This document shows, in pieces, positions 1 through 8,375 of a stretch of 64,000 bases of DNA (its first letter is position 1; every line of letters starts with the position of its first letter). Origin of the DNA: Candidatus Nitricoxidireducens bremensis. Its GTDB lineage: Bacteria; Pseudomonadota; Gammaproteobacteria; Burkholderiales; Rhodocyclaceae. The translations under genes were made by a program, and so were the position numbers. Location: positions 161,233 to 225,232 of the forward strand of contig JAOTRT010000005.1 of assembly GCA_030247725.1 (NCBI GenBank), read 5' to 3'. The notes below the pieces were generated by a model. That model did not search any database. It had not been told where the DNA came from and was given only the letters and a program-made list of their open reading frames with translations.

Positions 1-1
1 C

Positions 2-1039
2 ATCCATGCTTCCAGCGGCACCACCGGCAAGCCGACGGTCGTCGGCTACACGGCGAAGGACATCGACACCTGGGCCGGCATCATGGCGCGCTCCATCCGC
101 GCCACCGGCGGCAGCCGCCACGACATCATCCACGTCACCCACGGCTATGGCCTGTTCACCGGCGGCCTCGGCGTCCATTACGGCGCCGAGCGCGTCGGCT
201 GCGCGGTGGTACCGATTTCCGGCGGCCAGACCGAGCGGCAAGTGCAGCTGATCCGCGACTTCAAGGCCACCATGATCGTCGGCACGCCCTCCTACGTGCT
301 CAACATCGTGGATGAATTCGAGCGCCAGGGCCTCAACCCGGCCGACTCCACCCTCAAGCGCGGCATCTTCGGCGCCGAGCCCTGGGGCGAGAGCATGCGC
401 CGCGAACTGGAGACGCGGCTGGGCATCGACGCCATGGACCTCTACGGCCTTTCGGAAGTCATCGGCCCCGGCGTCGCCGTCGAGTGCATCGAGTCCAAGG
501 ACGGCCCGACGATCTGGGAAGACCACTTCTACCCCGAGATCATCGATCCGGCCACCGGCGAGGTGCTGCCCGACGGGGCCCACGGCGAACTGGTGTTCAC
601 CTCGCTGACCAAGGAGGCCCTGCCGGTCATCCGCTACCGCACCAAGGACCTCACCACCCTGCTGCCGCCCACGGCGCGCGCCTTCCGCCGCATGGGCAAG
701 ATCACCGGCCGTTCCGACGACATGCTCATCATCCGCGGCGTGAACGTCTTCCCGAGCCAGATCGAGGAGCTGATCCTCAAGACCCCCAAGCTGTCGCCCC
801 ACTATGTGCTGGAAGTCTCGCGCAAGGGCCACATGGACAACCTGGGCGTGAAGGTGGAACTCAAGCCCGAGTTCGCCGACTCCCCCGACGCCGTGCGCCA
901 GGCCGCCGCCTGGGAGTTGCAGCACCACATCAAGTCCCTGATCGGCATCAATACCCGCATCGACGTGGTGGATACCGGCGGCATCGAACGTTCGGCCGGC
1001 AAGGCCAAGCGCATCATCGACCTGCGACCGAAGGACTGA
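2..1039 (+). CDS. paaK: phenylacetate-CoA ligase, 5' end outside window
   Basis: Frame is open from nt 2. Translation begins IHASSGTTGKPTVVGYT (acyl-adenylate P-loop) and runs into ORF 83..1039, which has YRTKD and GRSDDMLIIRGVNVFPSQIE motifs typical of PaaK. Confidence 0.85.
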   Translation: MHASSGTTGKPTVVGYTAKDIDTWAGIMARSIRATGGSRHDIIHVTHGYGLFTGGLGVHYGAERVGCAVVPISGGQTERQVQLIRDFKATMIVGTPSYVLNIVDEFERQGLNPADSTLKRGIFGAEPWGESMRRELETRLGIDAMDLYGLSEVIGPGVAVECIESKDGPTIWEDHFYPEIIDPATGEVLPDGAHGELVFTSLTKEALPVIRYRTKDLTTLLPPTARAFRRMGKITGRSDDMLIIRGVNVFPSQIEELILKTPKLSPHYVLEVSRKGHMDNLGVKVELKPEFADSPDAVRQAAAWELQHHIKSLIGINTRIDVVDTGGIERSAGKAKRIIDLRPKD

Positions 1040-1045
1040 GGCCCC

Positions 1046-1270
1046 ATGAAGCCCCATCACTGGCCCTGGACCTTCGTCTTCTTCAGCCTGCTGGGGGCCG
1101 CCTGCCTGCTGATCGGCATCGCCGCCCTGGCCGGATTGATGAAGGGCGTCCATCCGCTGTTCAACGACGACCTGGCCGGCTGGGCCCTGATCGTCTCGGC
1201 CGTCGCCTGCGTCCTCACCGGCGCCTTCCCCCTGGTGCTGCGCCGCCTCGCCGAGCGCGAGGGCGCCTAG
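1046..1270 (+). CDS. small hypothetical membrane protein (two hydrophobic helices)
   Basis: 74-aa ORF starting 7 nt after the paaK stop. It has two long hydrophobic stretches (WTFVFFSLLGAACLLIGIAAL and ALIVSAVACVLTGAFPLVL). No recognisable family. Confidence 0.45.
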   Translation: MKPHHWPWTFVFFSLLGAACLLIGIAALAGLMKGVHPLFNDDLAGWALIVSAVACVLTGAFPLVLRRLAEREGA

Positions 1271-1276
1271 AACGCC

Positions 1277-1903
1277 GTGCTGACCCCGGTCGCCGTCGCC
1301 ACCTGGATCGCCTTCTGCATTCCCTGGGCGGACCCGGTGGCCACCGCCGCCCTGGTGGACGCCGGCTCCGGCGGCGAACCCTATCTCGTCACGGATGCCG
1401 CCGGCCAACGCTTCGTCGGCAAGACCCTGATCGAGGCCGCCGCCTACGTGAAGAAGCAGCCGCCCAACGCGGAACTCTATCTGGGCCTCGCCCAGGTGCC
1501 CCTGTCGGCCCTGCGCCAGCGCGGCTATCTGGCCGACGACGCCCTCGACAAGTGCGGCAGCCTGGAAACCGGCTACGAAGTCCTGCTGTCCGCCTACGAG
1601 CAGGCGCGCAACGTCGAGAAGACGCCCTGGAAAATCCTCGCCGCGGCCTTCTCCTACTATCGCGCCCGCAGCTTCGCCATCGACACGCCCTTCGCCAAGA
1701 CAGCCACCGACTTCGTGCTGCAGAACAAGGCCGTGGCGCCCGCCCCCATCAGCCACGAGCAATACCGCGACATGGTGCGCGAATGGTCCGCCGCCTTCGC
1801 CCAGCGCCTGAGCCACCGGGCCACGGCCCTGCACGCCAACGCGCGCCAGTACGCCGCAACGCCCGCGGGCAGCCAGCCGACCGGCGGCACCGCCGTCCGA
1901 TGA
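1277..1903 (+). CDS. hypothetical protein, weak lytic-transglycosylase (SLT)-like motif
   Basis: 208-aa ORF with a GTG start. The segment YLGLAQVPLSALRQRGYLADDALDKCGSLETGYEVLL resembles the GLMQI...DPC...G core of small SLT/TrbN-like proteins. Its stop overlaps the next gene's ATG. Confidence 0.4.
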   Translation: MLTPVAVATWIAFCIPWADPVATAALVDAGSGGEPYLVTDAAGQRFVGKTLIEAAAYVKKQPPNAELYLGLAQVPLSALRQRGYLADDALDKCGSLETGYEVLLSAYEQARNVEKTPWKILAAAFSYYRARSFAIDTPFAKTATDFVLQNKAVAPAPISHEQYRDMVREWSAAFAQRLSHRATALHANARQYAATPAGSQPTGGTAVR

Positions 1904-2634
1904 GCGCCGACCACTTCTCCGGCCACGCGGCCGACTACGCGAAATTCCGCCCCGGCTATCCGGCGGCCCTGTTCGACTGGATCGCGTCCCAGACCGCGGG
2001 CCACGACCTGGCCTGGGACTGCGGCTGCGGCAACGGCCAGGCCTCCGTGCCCCTGGCGGAACGCTACGCCCGCGTCGTCGGTACCGACCTCTCGGCGCGC
2101 CAGGTGGCCGAGGCGGCGCCCCACCCGCGCATCGAATACCGGGCCGCACCGGCCGAAGCCAGCGGCCTGCCCGACGCCAGCTGCGATCTCGTCGCCGTCG
2201 CCCAGGCCCTGCACTGGTTCGACTTCGAACGCTTCCACGCCGAGGTCAAGCGCGTCCTCAAGCCCGGCGGCGTGCTCGCCGCCTGGACCTACCGGTTGCT
2301 GCGGGCCGAACCGGAGATCGACGCCGTCTTCGCCGACTACTACGGCCGCGTGCTGGCCCCCTGGTGGCCGCCGGAGCGCAAGTGGGTGGACGACGGCTAC
2401 CGGACCCTGCCCTTCCCCTACACCGAGATTCCCGCGCCGGCCTTCGAGATCCGCCTGCAATGGACCCTGGAAGACCTGCTGGCCTACCTGCGCACCTGGA
2501 CGGCGACCCGCTACCTCGCCCAGGCCGAGGGCCGCGACCCGACCCTGCCCCTGGGCGAGGCCCTGCGCCCGATCTGGGGCGACGGGCTGCGGGAGATCGT
2601 CTGGCCCATCGCCCTGCGGGCCGGCCGCAACTGA
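1900..2634 (+). CDS. class I SAM-dependent methyltransferase
   Basis: The ATG at 1900 lies in the frame of the long ORF 484..2634. Motif I is LAWDCGCGNGQ, followed by VVGTDLS and LKPGGVLAAW, typical of Methyltransf_11 proteins. Confidence 0.8.
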   Translation: MSADHFSGHAADYAKFRPGYPAALFDWIASQTAGHDLAWDCGCGNGQASVPLAERYARVVGTDLSARQVAEAAPHPRIEYRAAPAEASGLPDASCDLVAVAQALHWFDFERFHAEVKRVLKPGGVLAAWTYRLLRAEPEIDAVFADYYGRVLAPWWPPERKWVDDGYRTLPFPYTEIPAPAFEIRLQWTLEDLLAYLRTWTATRYLAQAEGRDPTLPLGEALRPIWGDGLREIVWPIALRAGRN

Positions 2635-2638
2635 GGCC

Positions 2639-3622
2639 ATGGACACGGAAGCCCCCTACGCCGGCCTGACGCCGGACCGGGTCCTCGACGCCGTCGAGAG
2701 CGTCGGCCTGCCCTGCGACGGCCGCCTGCTGGCCCTCAACAGCTTCGAGAACCGCGTCTATCAGCTCGGCCTGGCCGACGGCCGCCAGGTGATCGCCAAG
2801 TTCTACCGCCCCGGCCGCTGGTCCGACGCGGCCATTCTCGAAGAACACGAATTCACCCGCGAACTGGCGGCGCGCGAAATTCCCGTCGTCGCCCCCCTGG
2901 TCATCGGCGGCCTTACCCTCCATGCCCACGGCGGCCACCGCTTCGCCGTCTTCCCGCGCCAGGGCGGCCGGGCCCCCGAGTTCGACCGGGCCGACACCCT
3001 CGAATGGATGGGGCGCTTCCTCGGCCGCATCCACGCCGTCGGCGCCCTGCAGGACTTCGCGGTGCGCCCGTCCCTGGACATCGAGACCTTCGGCGTCGAA
3101 CCCCGGGACTTCGTCCTCGACGGCGGCTTCGTGCCGCCCGAACTGGAGGAAACCTGGCTGGGCGTCGTGGACCAGGCCCTGGAAGGCGTGGAACGGTCCT
3201 TCGACCGGGCCGGCGACGTAGCCATCCTGCGGCTCCACGGCGACTGCCACCAGGGCAACGTGCTGTGGACCGACGACGGCCCCCATTTCGTGGACTTCGA
3301 CGACAGCCGCAGCGGCCCGGCGGTGCAGGACCTGTGGATGCTGCTCTCCGGCGACGAGACCGAGCGGGGCGTCCAGCTCGGCAATATCCTGCGCGGCTAC
3401 GAGCAGTTCGCCGAGTTCGACGACCGGGAGCTGTATCTCGTCGAGGCCCTGCGCACCCTGCGCCTGATCCACTACAGCGCCTGGATCGCCCGGCGCTGGA
3501 ACGACCCGGCCTTCCCCGCCGCCTTTCCCTGGTTCGACACGCCGCGCTACTGGCAGGACCGCATCCTGGAGCTGCGGGAACAGATCCCCCTTATGGACGA
3601 ATCGCCAATCCGTCCCGCCTGA
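2639..3622 (+). CDS. srkA: stress response serine/threonine kinase SrkA (YihE/RdoA family)
   Basis: 327-aa ORF. LNSFENRVYQL, AKFYRPGRWS, LHGDCHQGNVLW and FVDFDD are characteristic of YihE-type kinases. Confidence 0.85.
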   Translation: MDTEAPYAGLTPDRVLDAVESVGLPCDGRLLALNSFENRVYQLGLADGRQVIAKFYRPGRWSDAAILEEHEFTRELAAREIPVVAPLVIGGLTLHAHGGHRFAVFPRQGGRAPEFDRADTLEWMGRFLGRIHAVGALQDFAVRPSLDIETFGVEPRDFVLDGGFVPPELEETWLGVVDQALEGVERSFDRAGDVAILRLHGDCHQGNVLWTDDGPHFVDFDDSRSGPAVQDLWMLLSGDETERGVQLGNILRGYEQFAEFDDRELYLVEALRTLRLIHYSAWIARRWNDPAFPAAFPWFDTPRYWQDRILELREQIPLMDESPIRPA

Positions 3623-3660
3623 CGCATAATGGAACAGACGTTTTCAAACTCGCGAGGAGA

Positions 3661-4158
3661 ATGATCATGTCCGATTCACTGCAACGCCTCACCGACAGCG
3701 TCGAACGGGCCTGGCACCAGCTGGCCGAAGGATGGCGCGAACTCATCGCCCGCTCCAAGGACGCCCTCACCCGCTACACCCGCAGCCACGACAGCCTGCA
3801 GGACGCCGGCGCCGAATGGCTGCGCCACACGCCCACCTGGGGCATCGTCGCCGCCGAGATCGAACAGGACGAGGCCAGCGTCCACGTGCGCATCGAGCTG
3901 CCCGGCATGGACAAGAAGGACCTGGAACTGGACGTGCATGGCGACGTCCTCGCCGTGCGCGGCGAAAAGCGCTTCGCGCGCAAGTCCAGCCACGGCAGCT
4001 TCACCCTCATGGAGCGCAGCTACGGCCGCTTCGAGCGCGTCTTCGCCCTGCCCTGCCCCGTGGACGGGGACCGGGCGACGGCGAAATACACCGACGGCGT
4101 GCTCGCCGTCACCCTGCCCAAGCTCAGGCCCGGCAACGGCCGGCTGAAGATTTCGTGA
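3661..4158 (+). CDS. Hsp20/alpha-crystallin family small heat shock protein
   Basis: The C-terminal part of ORF frame 3004..4158 carries an alpha-crystallin core (VRIELPGMDKKDLELDVHGDVLAVRGEK ... SYGRFERVFALP ... YTDGVLAVTLPK). A GAGGAGA Shine-Dalgarno sits just upstream. The start may be the ATG at 3661 or at 3667. Confidence 0.85.
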   Translation: MIMSDSLQRLTDSVERAWHQLAEGWRELIARSKDALTRYTRSHDSLQDAGAEWLRHTPTWGIVAAEIEQDEASVHVRIELPGMDKKDLELDVHGDVLAVRGEKRFARKSSHGSFTLMERSYGRFERVFALPCPVDGDRATAKYTDGVLAVTLPKLRPGNGRLKIS

Positions 4159-4697
4159 CCGCGACCGCCACCCTCGGCGGCGGCTGCTTCTGGTGCCTGG
4201 AGGCGGCCCTGCGCCAGCTCGACGGCGTCGCCTCCGTGGTTTCGGGCTATGCCGGCGGCCACGTGGAGAAGCCCGACTATCGCAGCGTCTGCGACGGCGA
4301 CACCGGTCACGCCGAGGTGGTGGAAATCCGTTTCGATCCGGCGGTCATCGATTACCGCACCCTGCTGGAAGCCTTCTTCGCCATCCACGACCCGACCACG
4401 CCCAACCGCCAGGGCAACGACGTGGGCACCCAGTACCGTTCGGTCATCTTCACCCACGACGCCGAGCAGGAGCGCACCGCCCGCGCCCTGATCGCGGAAC
4501 TCGACGCCGCCCGCGTCTGGCCCGCGCCCATCGTCACCGAAGTCCTGCCGGCGCCGCGCTTCTGGCCCGCCGAGGAGTATCACCAGGACTATCTGGCCCG
4601 CAATCCGGCCCAAGCCTACTGCCAGGCCGTCGTCGCCCCCAAGGCGGCAAAGCTGCGGCAGAAGTTCGCTTCCCGCCTCAAACGCGGACCGCCATGA
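4155..4697 (+). CDS. msrA: peptide-methionine (S)-S-oxide reductase
   Basis: The GTG at 4155 overlaps the hsp20 stop (GTGA). GGGCFWC active-site motif and DPTTPNRQGNDVGTQYRS are present. Confidence 0.9.
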   Translation: MTATATLGGGCFWCLEAALRQLDGVASVVSGYAGGHVEKPDYRSVCDGDTGHAEVVEIRFDPAVIDYRTLLEAFFAIHDPTTPNRQGNDVGTQYRSVIFTHDAEQERTARALIAELDAARVWPAPIVTEVLPAPRFWPAEEYHQDYLARNPAQAYCQAVVAPKAAKLRQKFASRLKRGPP

Positions 4698-6070
4698 AAC
4701 TGCCCAAGCCGGACGTCCCAGCCCTCGTCGCCGCCGGCATCTACCTCATCTTCGGCGGTCTGTGGATCGTGCTCAGCGACCGCATGCTGGCCCTGCTGGT
4801 GAGCGATCCCGCCACCCTCACCACCTACCAGACCTACAAGGGCGGCGCCTTTGTCGCCGTCATGGCCGTCCTCGCCTACGTGCTGGTGGGCCGTCTCTCG
4901 CGCCAGCTCAAGGCCCTGCAGGAATCGGAGGCGCGGCTCGCCGAAAGCGAGATGCGCTTCCGCGAGATGGCCGAGCACATCGACCAGATCTTCTATCTCG
5001 CCGCCCCCGACTACAGCCGCTTCTTCTACGTCAGTCCCGCCTACGCCTGCATCTGGGGCCGCAGCGCGGAAAGCCTGCTGGCCGACCCGGCCTCATGGCT
5101 CGCCGGCGTCGTCGAGGAGGACCGCCCCCGCGTGCTGGACGTCGTCGCCCGGGGACGCGACAAGGGCTTCTACGAAGACACTTTCCGCGTGCGCCGGCCC
5201 GACGGCACCCAGCGCTGGGTCCATGCCCGCGCCTACGAACTGCGGGACGCCGACGGCCGCGCCTACCGCGTCGCCGGCATCCTGGAGGACATCACCGGAC
5301 GGCATCTCGCCGAAGACCAGATACGCACCCTGGCCCGCGACCTGGAAAGCCGCGTCCAGGAGCGCACGGCGGAACTGGAACAGGCCAACCACGAACTCGA
5401 AGCCTTCTCCTACTCGGTCTCCCACGACCTGCGGGCGCCCCTGCGGGCCCTCAACGGCTTCGCCCACCTGGTGGCCGACGATCCCGGCAGCCACCTGGGT
5501 CCCGAAGCCAAGACCATGCTCGGCCGCATCCGCGTGAATGCCGAGAAGATGGCCACCCTCATCGACGACATCCTCGCCTTTTCCCGTATCGGCCGCAGCG
5601 AGATGAACCATGTCGCCGTGGACATGGCCGCCCTGGCGCGGGAAGTGGCCGAGGAACTGGCGCCCGAGTACCCGGCCGCCCGCGTCGCGATTGGCGAGAT
5701 GCCGACAATCCGCGGCGACGCCAGCATGCTGCGCCTCGTGTGGACCAACCTGATCGGCAACGCCCTCAAGTTCTCCTCCAAGCGCGAAGCGCCGGTGGTG
5801 GAAGCGGGCTGGGAAATGGGCGGCGACGGCCGCACCGTATTCTTCGTGCGCGACAACGGCGCCGGCTTCGACATGGCCTACGCCCAGCGGCTGTTCGGCG
5901 TCTTCCAGCGCCTGCACCGCAGCGAGGACTTCCCCGGCACCGGCGCCGGACTCGCCATCGTCAACCGCATCATCGGCCGCCACGGCGGGCGCATCTGGGC
6001 CGAGGCGGTGCCCGACCACGGCGCCACCTTCCGCTTCACCGTGGCCGCGGCCGGCGACGCGCCGACCTGA
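4694..6070 (+). CDS. membrane-anchored PAS sensor histidine kinase (orphan)
   Basis: The ATG at 4694 overlaps the msrA stop (ATGA). Two N-terminal TM helices, a PAS region (FRVRRPDGTQRWVHARA), an H-box FSYSVSHDLRAPLR, and N/G boxes (GNALKF, DNGAGFD, GTGAGLAIV). Confidence 0.85.
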   Translation: MKLPKPDVPALVAAGIYLIFGGLWIVLSDRMLALLVSDPATLTTYQTYKGGAFVAVMAVLAYVLVGRLSRQLKALQESEARLAESEMRFREMAEHIDQIFYLAAPDYSRFFYVSPAYACIWGRSAESLLADPASWLAGVVEEDRPRVLDVVARGRDKGFYEDTFRVRRPDGTQRWVHARAYELRDADGRAYRVAGILEDITGRHLAEDQIRTLARDLESRVQERTAELEQANHELEAFSYSVSHDLRAPLRALNGFAHLVADDPGSHLGPEAKTMLGRIRVNAEKMATLIDDILAFSRIGRSEMNHVAVDMAALAREVAEELAPEYPAARVAIGEMPTIRGDASMLRLVWTNLIGNALKFSSKREAPVVEAGWEMGGDGRTVFFVRDNGAGFDMAYAQRLFGVFQRLHRSEDFPGTGAGLAIVNRIIGRHGGRIWAEAVPDHGATFRFTVAAAGDAPT

Positions 6071-6087
6071 TCGATCCGTGCCGCCGG

Positions 6088-6741
6088 TCAGCCGGCTGGC
6101 CGGCCGCAAAGCCTCCGCAAGCCGCCGGGCGTGGCAATCCGCGCCGCAAGATAGGGCACTTCGTCAGCAGGTAACGCATGCACGACCGCCGGCCCCGCGA
6201 AGCTTATGGAAGCCAGCAGACGTTCCACCCGCAGCGGATCGGGATGGAATATCTCCAGCATCTCCAGCGCCAGACCGCAGTCAGGCAGCCGCGCCGCCGG
6301 ATGCCCGCCGGCGCGCCACTCGATCAGGGCCGGCGCCACGCCCCCGAGGGGTTGCAGGCCGTCGGACGGGATCGTGATGAGCCATTCGAAAGCGCCCCGG
6401 GACATGGGCTCCACCACCCCCAGCGCCTCGGTCGCCGCCGCCGTCGCGGCGCCGATGTCATCCGTGCGCAGCACCCAGGACCCCAGCCGCGGCAGCGCAT
6501 CTGCCGCCAGCGCATCGAGCCCGAACCAGCGCGGCCGTCCCGGCGCAGGTGCCGCCGGATTCGGCGCGATCACCTCCAGGTAAAGGGCATCCCCGAGCCG
6601 CAGCAACCGGTTGTGGGTCCCCATGCGCAGATGCTCGCCGCCCGGCCCCGGCTCCACGCCGAGAACGTCGCGGACATAGGCGACACCGACCTCAAGGGTT
6701 GGCGCGGTGATGGCGAGGTGATCGATATGGGAGGCGGGCAT
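6088..6741 (-). CDS. VOC (glyoxalase-like domain) family protein
   Basis: 217-aa ORF. The N-terminus HIDHLAITAPTLEVGVAYV...LGV and LYLEVIAPNP are typical of Glyoxalase_3-like proteins. Confidence 0.65.
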   Translation of the reverse strand: MPASHIDHLAITAPTLEVGVAYVRDVLGVEPGPGGEHLRMGTHNRLLRLGDALYLEVIAPNPAAPAPGRPRWFGLDALAADALPRLGSWVLRTDDIGAATAAATEALGVVEPMSRGAFEWLITIPSDGLQPLGGVAPALIEWRAGGHPAARLPDCGLALEMLEIFHPDPLRVERLLASISFAGPAVVHALPADEVPYLAARIATPGGLRRLCGRPAG

Positions 6742-6881
6742 GGGTGCGATCGATTGCGTTCACCGCCTGCACCGATTGACTTCCGGTGGAACGGCGGGTT
6801 GGATACCAGCGCTACGGCTGCCGCTTTCACCAATAGCCAGGACGGCAGCTCTGATGGGCAACGGCCAGAACCGGTGAGCCC

Positions 6882-7214
6882 TCAACTACCAGACGTAGCG
6901 CGACGCTTGGTTGCGGGGCGACTTGGTCGCTTGGCAGCGCGCGGCTCCGCCAGACGACCCGTAACATACTTGTGAAGAACGCTGGCGATGAGCGTTTGGT
7001 ACGGCACACCTTCTTCAAGCGCCCTGACTTGAATGTCGCTCAAATCGCCGGAGGACAAGCGGATGTTGACCCGGCGGTCCTTAATGGCCGTAGCGCGTGC
7101 GGCTGCCTTGAATTTCGCCAGCTCGGCCTTGGTGGCAACGGATTTCAACCGGCCATTATCAAAGGCGGCGAGGACTTCACTTTCGTAGGCATCAATCTTC
7201 GGCATCTGCTTCAC
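6882..7214 (-). CDS. brnA: BrnA-like / CopG-RHH type II antitoxin
   Basis: 110-aa ORF overlapping the upstream toxin ORF by 23 nt. VNIRLSSGDLSDIQVRALEEGVPYQTLIASVLHKYVTG matches the ribbon-helix-helix antitoxins paired with DUF497 toxins. Confidence 0.6.
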   Translation of the reverse strand: MKQMPKIDAYESEVLAAFDNGRLKSVATKAELAKFKAAARATAIKDRRVNIRLSSGDLSDIQVRALEEGVPYQTLIASVLHKYVTGRLAEPRAAKRPSRPATKRRATSGS

Positions 7215-7485
7215 CTTGATTCAAATAGTCCCGCGTTGCCTTGCGGCTCGGGATTACAGTCTTGAGGAAGAAATAGTCATCCTCTTCGACAAACGGCACC
7301 AAGTAGGCGTAGTTGTCGCACGAGACGACAAGAACGCGTTGCCTGGGGTACTTCGCCTGGTTTGGATGAGCCAGGATGTCCAGCAAACCACCGGCCTCGA
7401 TTGAGACAACAATGCTCTCAAACGAAATCCCCCGCTCTGCTTTGACGGTCTCGTTCTTCTCCGGGCTCCAGCGAAACGGCTTCAT
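7192..7485 (-). CDS. brnT: BrnT-like (DUF497-type) type II toxin
   Basis: 97-aa ORF. FRWSPEKNETVKAERGISFESIV ... VIPSRKATRDY parallels the F.WD..KN....RGISFE ... IISARKAT..E pattern of BrnT ribonuclease toxins. Confidence 0.6.
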   Translation of the reverse strand: MKPFRWSPEKNETVKAERGISFESIVVSIEAGGLLDILAHPNQAKYPRQRVLVVSCDNYAYLVPFVEEDDYFFLKTVIPSRKATRDYLNQGEADAED

Positions 7486-7550
7486 GGGGGCAGTCTACGC
7501 GGCTGTGTGCCTTTTGTCACCACCCATGAAGTATCGACGGAAATGAAAAT

Positions 7551-7577
7551 GGCGCGGAGGAATTCGCGCCTTTTTTT
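7551..7577. terminator. hairpin plus T7 run (possibly a bidirectional terminator)
   Basis: GGCGCG-gaggaatt-CGCGCC followed by TTTTTTT on the plus strand. On the minus strand the same hairpin is followed by ATTTTCATTT. It lies between the attC at 7614 and the brnT start. Confidence 0.45.
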
Positions 7578-7613
7578 GTGCCAGAGACGGGCGGAAAAGA
7601 GGTTTTTCTACAG

Positions 7614-7701
7614 CTTCAACGTGGAGGTCACCGGACGCTGTGCGGCTTTATCGCGCAGCGTCCAGCGACCGAAGGGAGCGAGGTCGAGCGCAGGGTTAGA
7701 G
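7614..7701 (-). repeat. attC-like recombination site 1 (88 bp)
   Basis: CTTCAAC ... GTCACCGGACGCTGTGCGGCTTTATCGCGCAGCGTCC ... GTTAGAG. Imperfect palindrome bounded by RYYYAAC-like and GTTRRRY-like heptamers. It starts 26 nt after the stop of ORF 7728..8138. Confidence 0.7.
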
Positions 7702-7727
7702 GACTTCATAATCGAGCACAGAGATTC

Positions 7728-8138
7728 TTAGTTACCTAGCCTTAATTGACCGCTGAGCTCATCTGTTACCTTCCCTATGTTCTGGCTGAGATCTCGGCAC
7801 ACACCTTCCTGCTTATCTGGAGAACCGCTCATAAAGCCGTTGATCGCAACCTTCTTCGATTCTTCCACTAACTGTGGAACATCTCTTCTCTGTTCTTTGG
7901 GAACCAAGAATCGAAAGAGCCTTTCATGGTCAACAGCGGAGAAGATTGAGTCCTTATAGGCGATGTCATTTGCCGCTGCGTATTGCGGAAAGCGGTCTCT
8001 ACACAGAGTGAGAACTGTGCTGATGGAGTGGGCGTTCAAGGCCAAGGAGTACCAGCCGGGAATCACAGGCGCAGCAGCAGATGTGGGCAACGCGGTTGCA
8101 CAGAGTAGAAGCAACCAGCCAAAGTGGATGAGTTTCAT
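7728..8138 (-). CDS. cassette ORF, hypothetical secreted protein
   Basis: 136-aa ORF with a signal-peptide-like N-terminus (LLLLCATALPTSAAAP). AGAGGA Shine-Dalgarno 7 nt upstream of the ATG. No recognisable family. Confidence 0.55.
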   Translation of the reverse strand: MKLIHFGWLLLLCATALPTSAAAPVIPGWYSLALNAHSISTVLTLCRDRFPQYAAANDIAYKDSIFSAVDHERLFRFLVPKEQRRDVPQLVEESKKVAINGFMSGSPDKQEGVCRDLSQNIGKVTDELSGQLRLGN

Positions 8139-8306
8139 TGAGTCCTCTAACGAAGCTGTAGAAAAACTCGGTGAGGGATCAGACGGAGCAAATTCCCGGG
8201 GTCGCTTGACCCTTCCCGGAACTGCGATCGCTCAACCTGATCGATTCTGGCGCGAATATTTTCCTTGTCGTTGATCGGCAGTTTGCGAATTTGAGTTTTC
8301 CTACAG

Positions 8307-8373
8307 CTTCAACGTTTGAATTGAGCGGCCTGCGCGGCTTTTCGCGCAGGTCCGGTGCAATGATGGGTTGGGC
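8307..8373 (-). repeat. attC-like recombination site 2 (67 bp, shorter variant)
   Basis: CTTCAAC gtttgaattgaGCGGCCTGCGCGGCTTTTCGCGCAGGTCCGgtgcaatgatgg GTTGGGC. On the minus strand it begins with a perfect GCCCAAC, 2 nt after the stop of ORF 8376..8675. Confidence 0.7.
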
Positions 8374-8375
8374 CG

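Noticed and set aside
484-2634. 716-aa plus-strand ORF running through paaK and two small genes
   Set aside because: It is off-frame relative to paaK, with a Pro/Arg/Gly-rich translation. Only the terminal segment from the ATG at 1900 (SAM methyltransferase motif I) is credible.
7507-7731. 74-aa plus-strand ORF overlapping attC site 1 (similarly 8737..9012 and 9698..9931 overlapping attC sites 3 and 4)
   Set aside because: These reading frames run through the palindromic attC sequence, giving the shared peptide-like CAALSRSV text in all three. This is an artefact of the repeat, not a gene.
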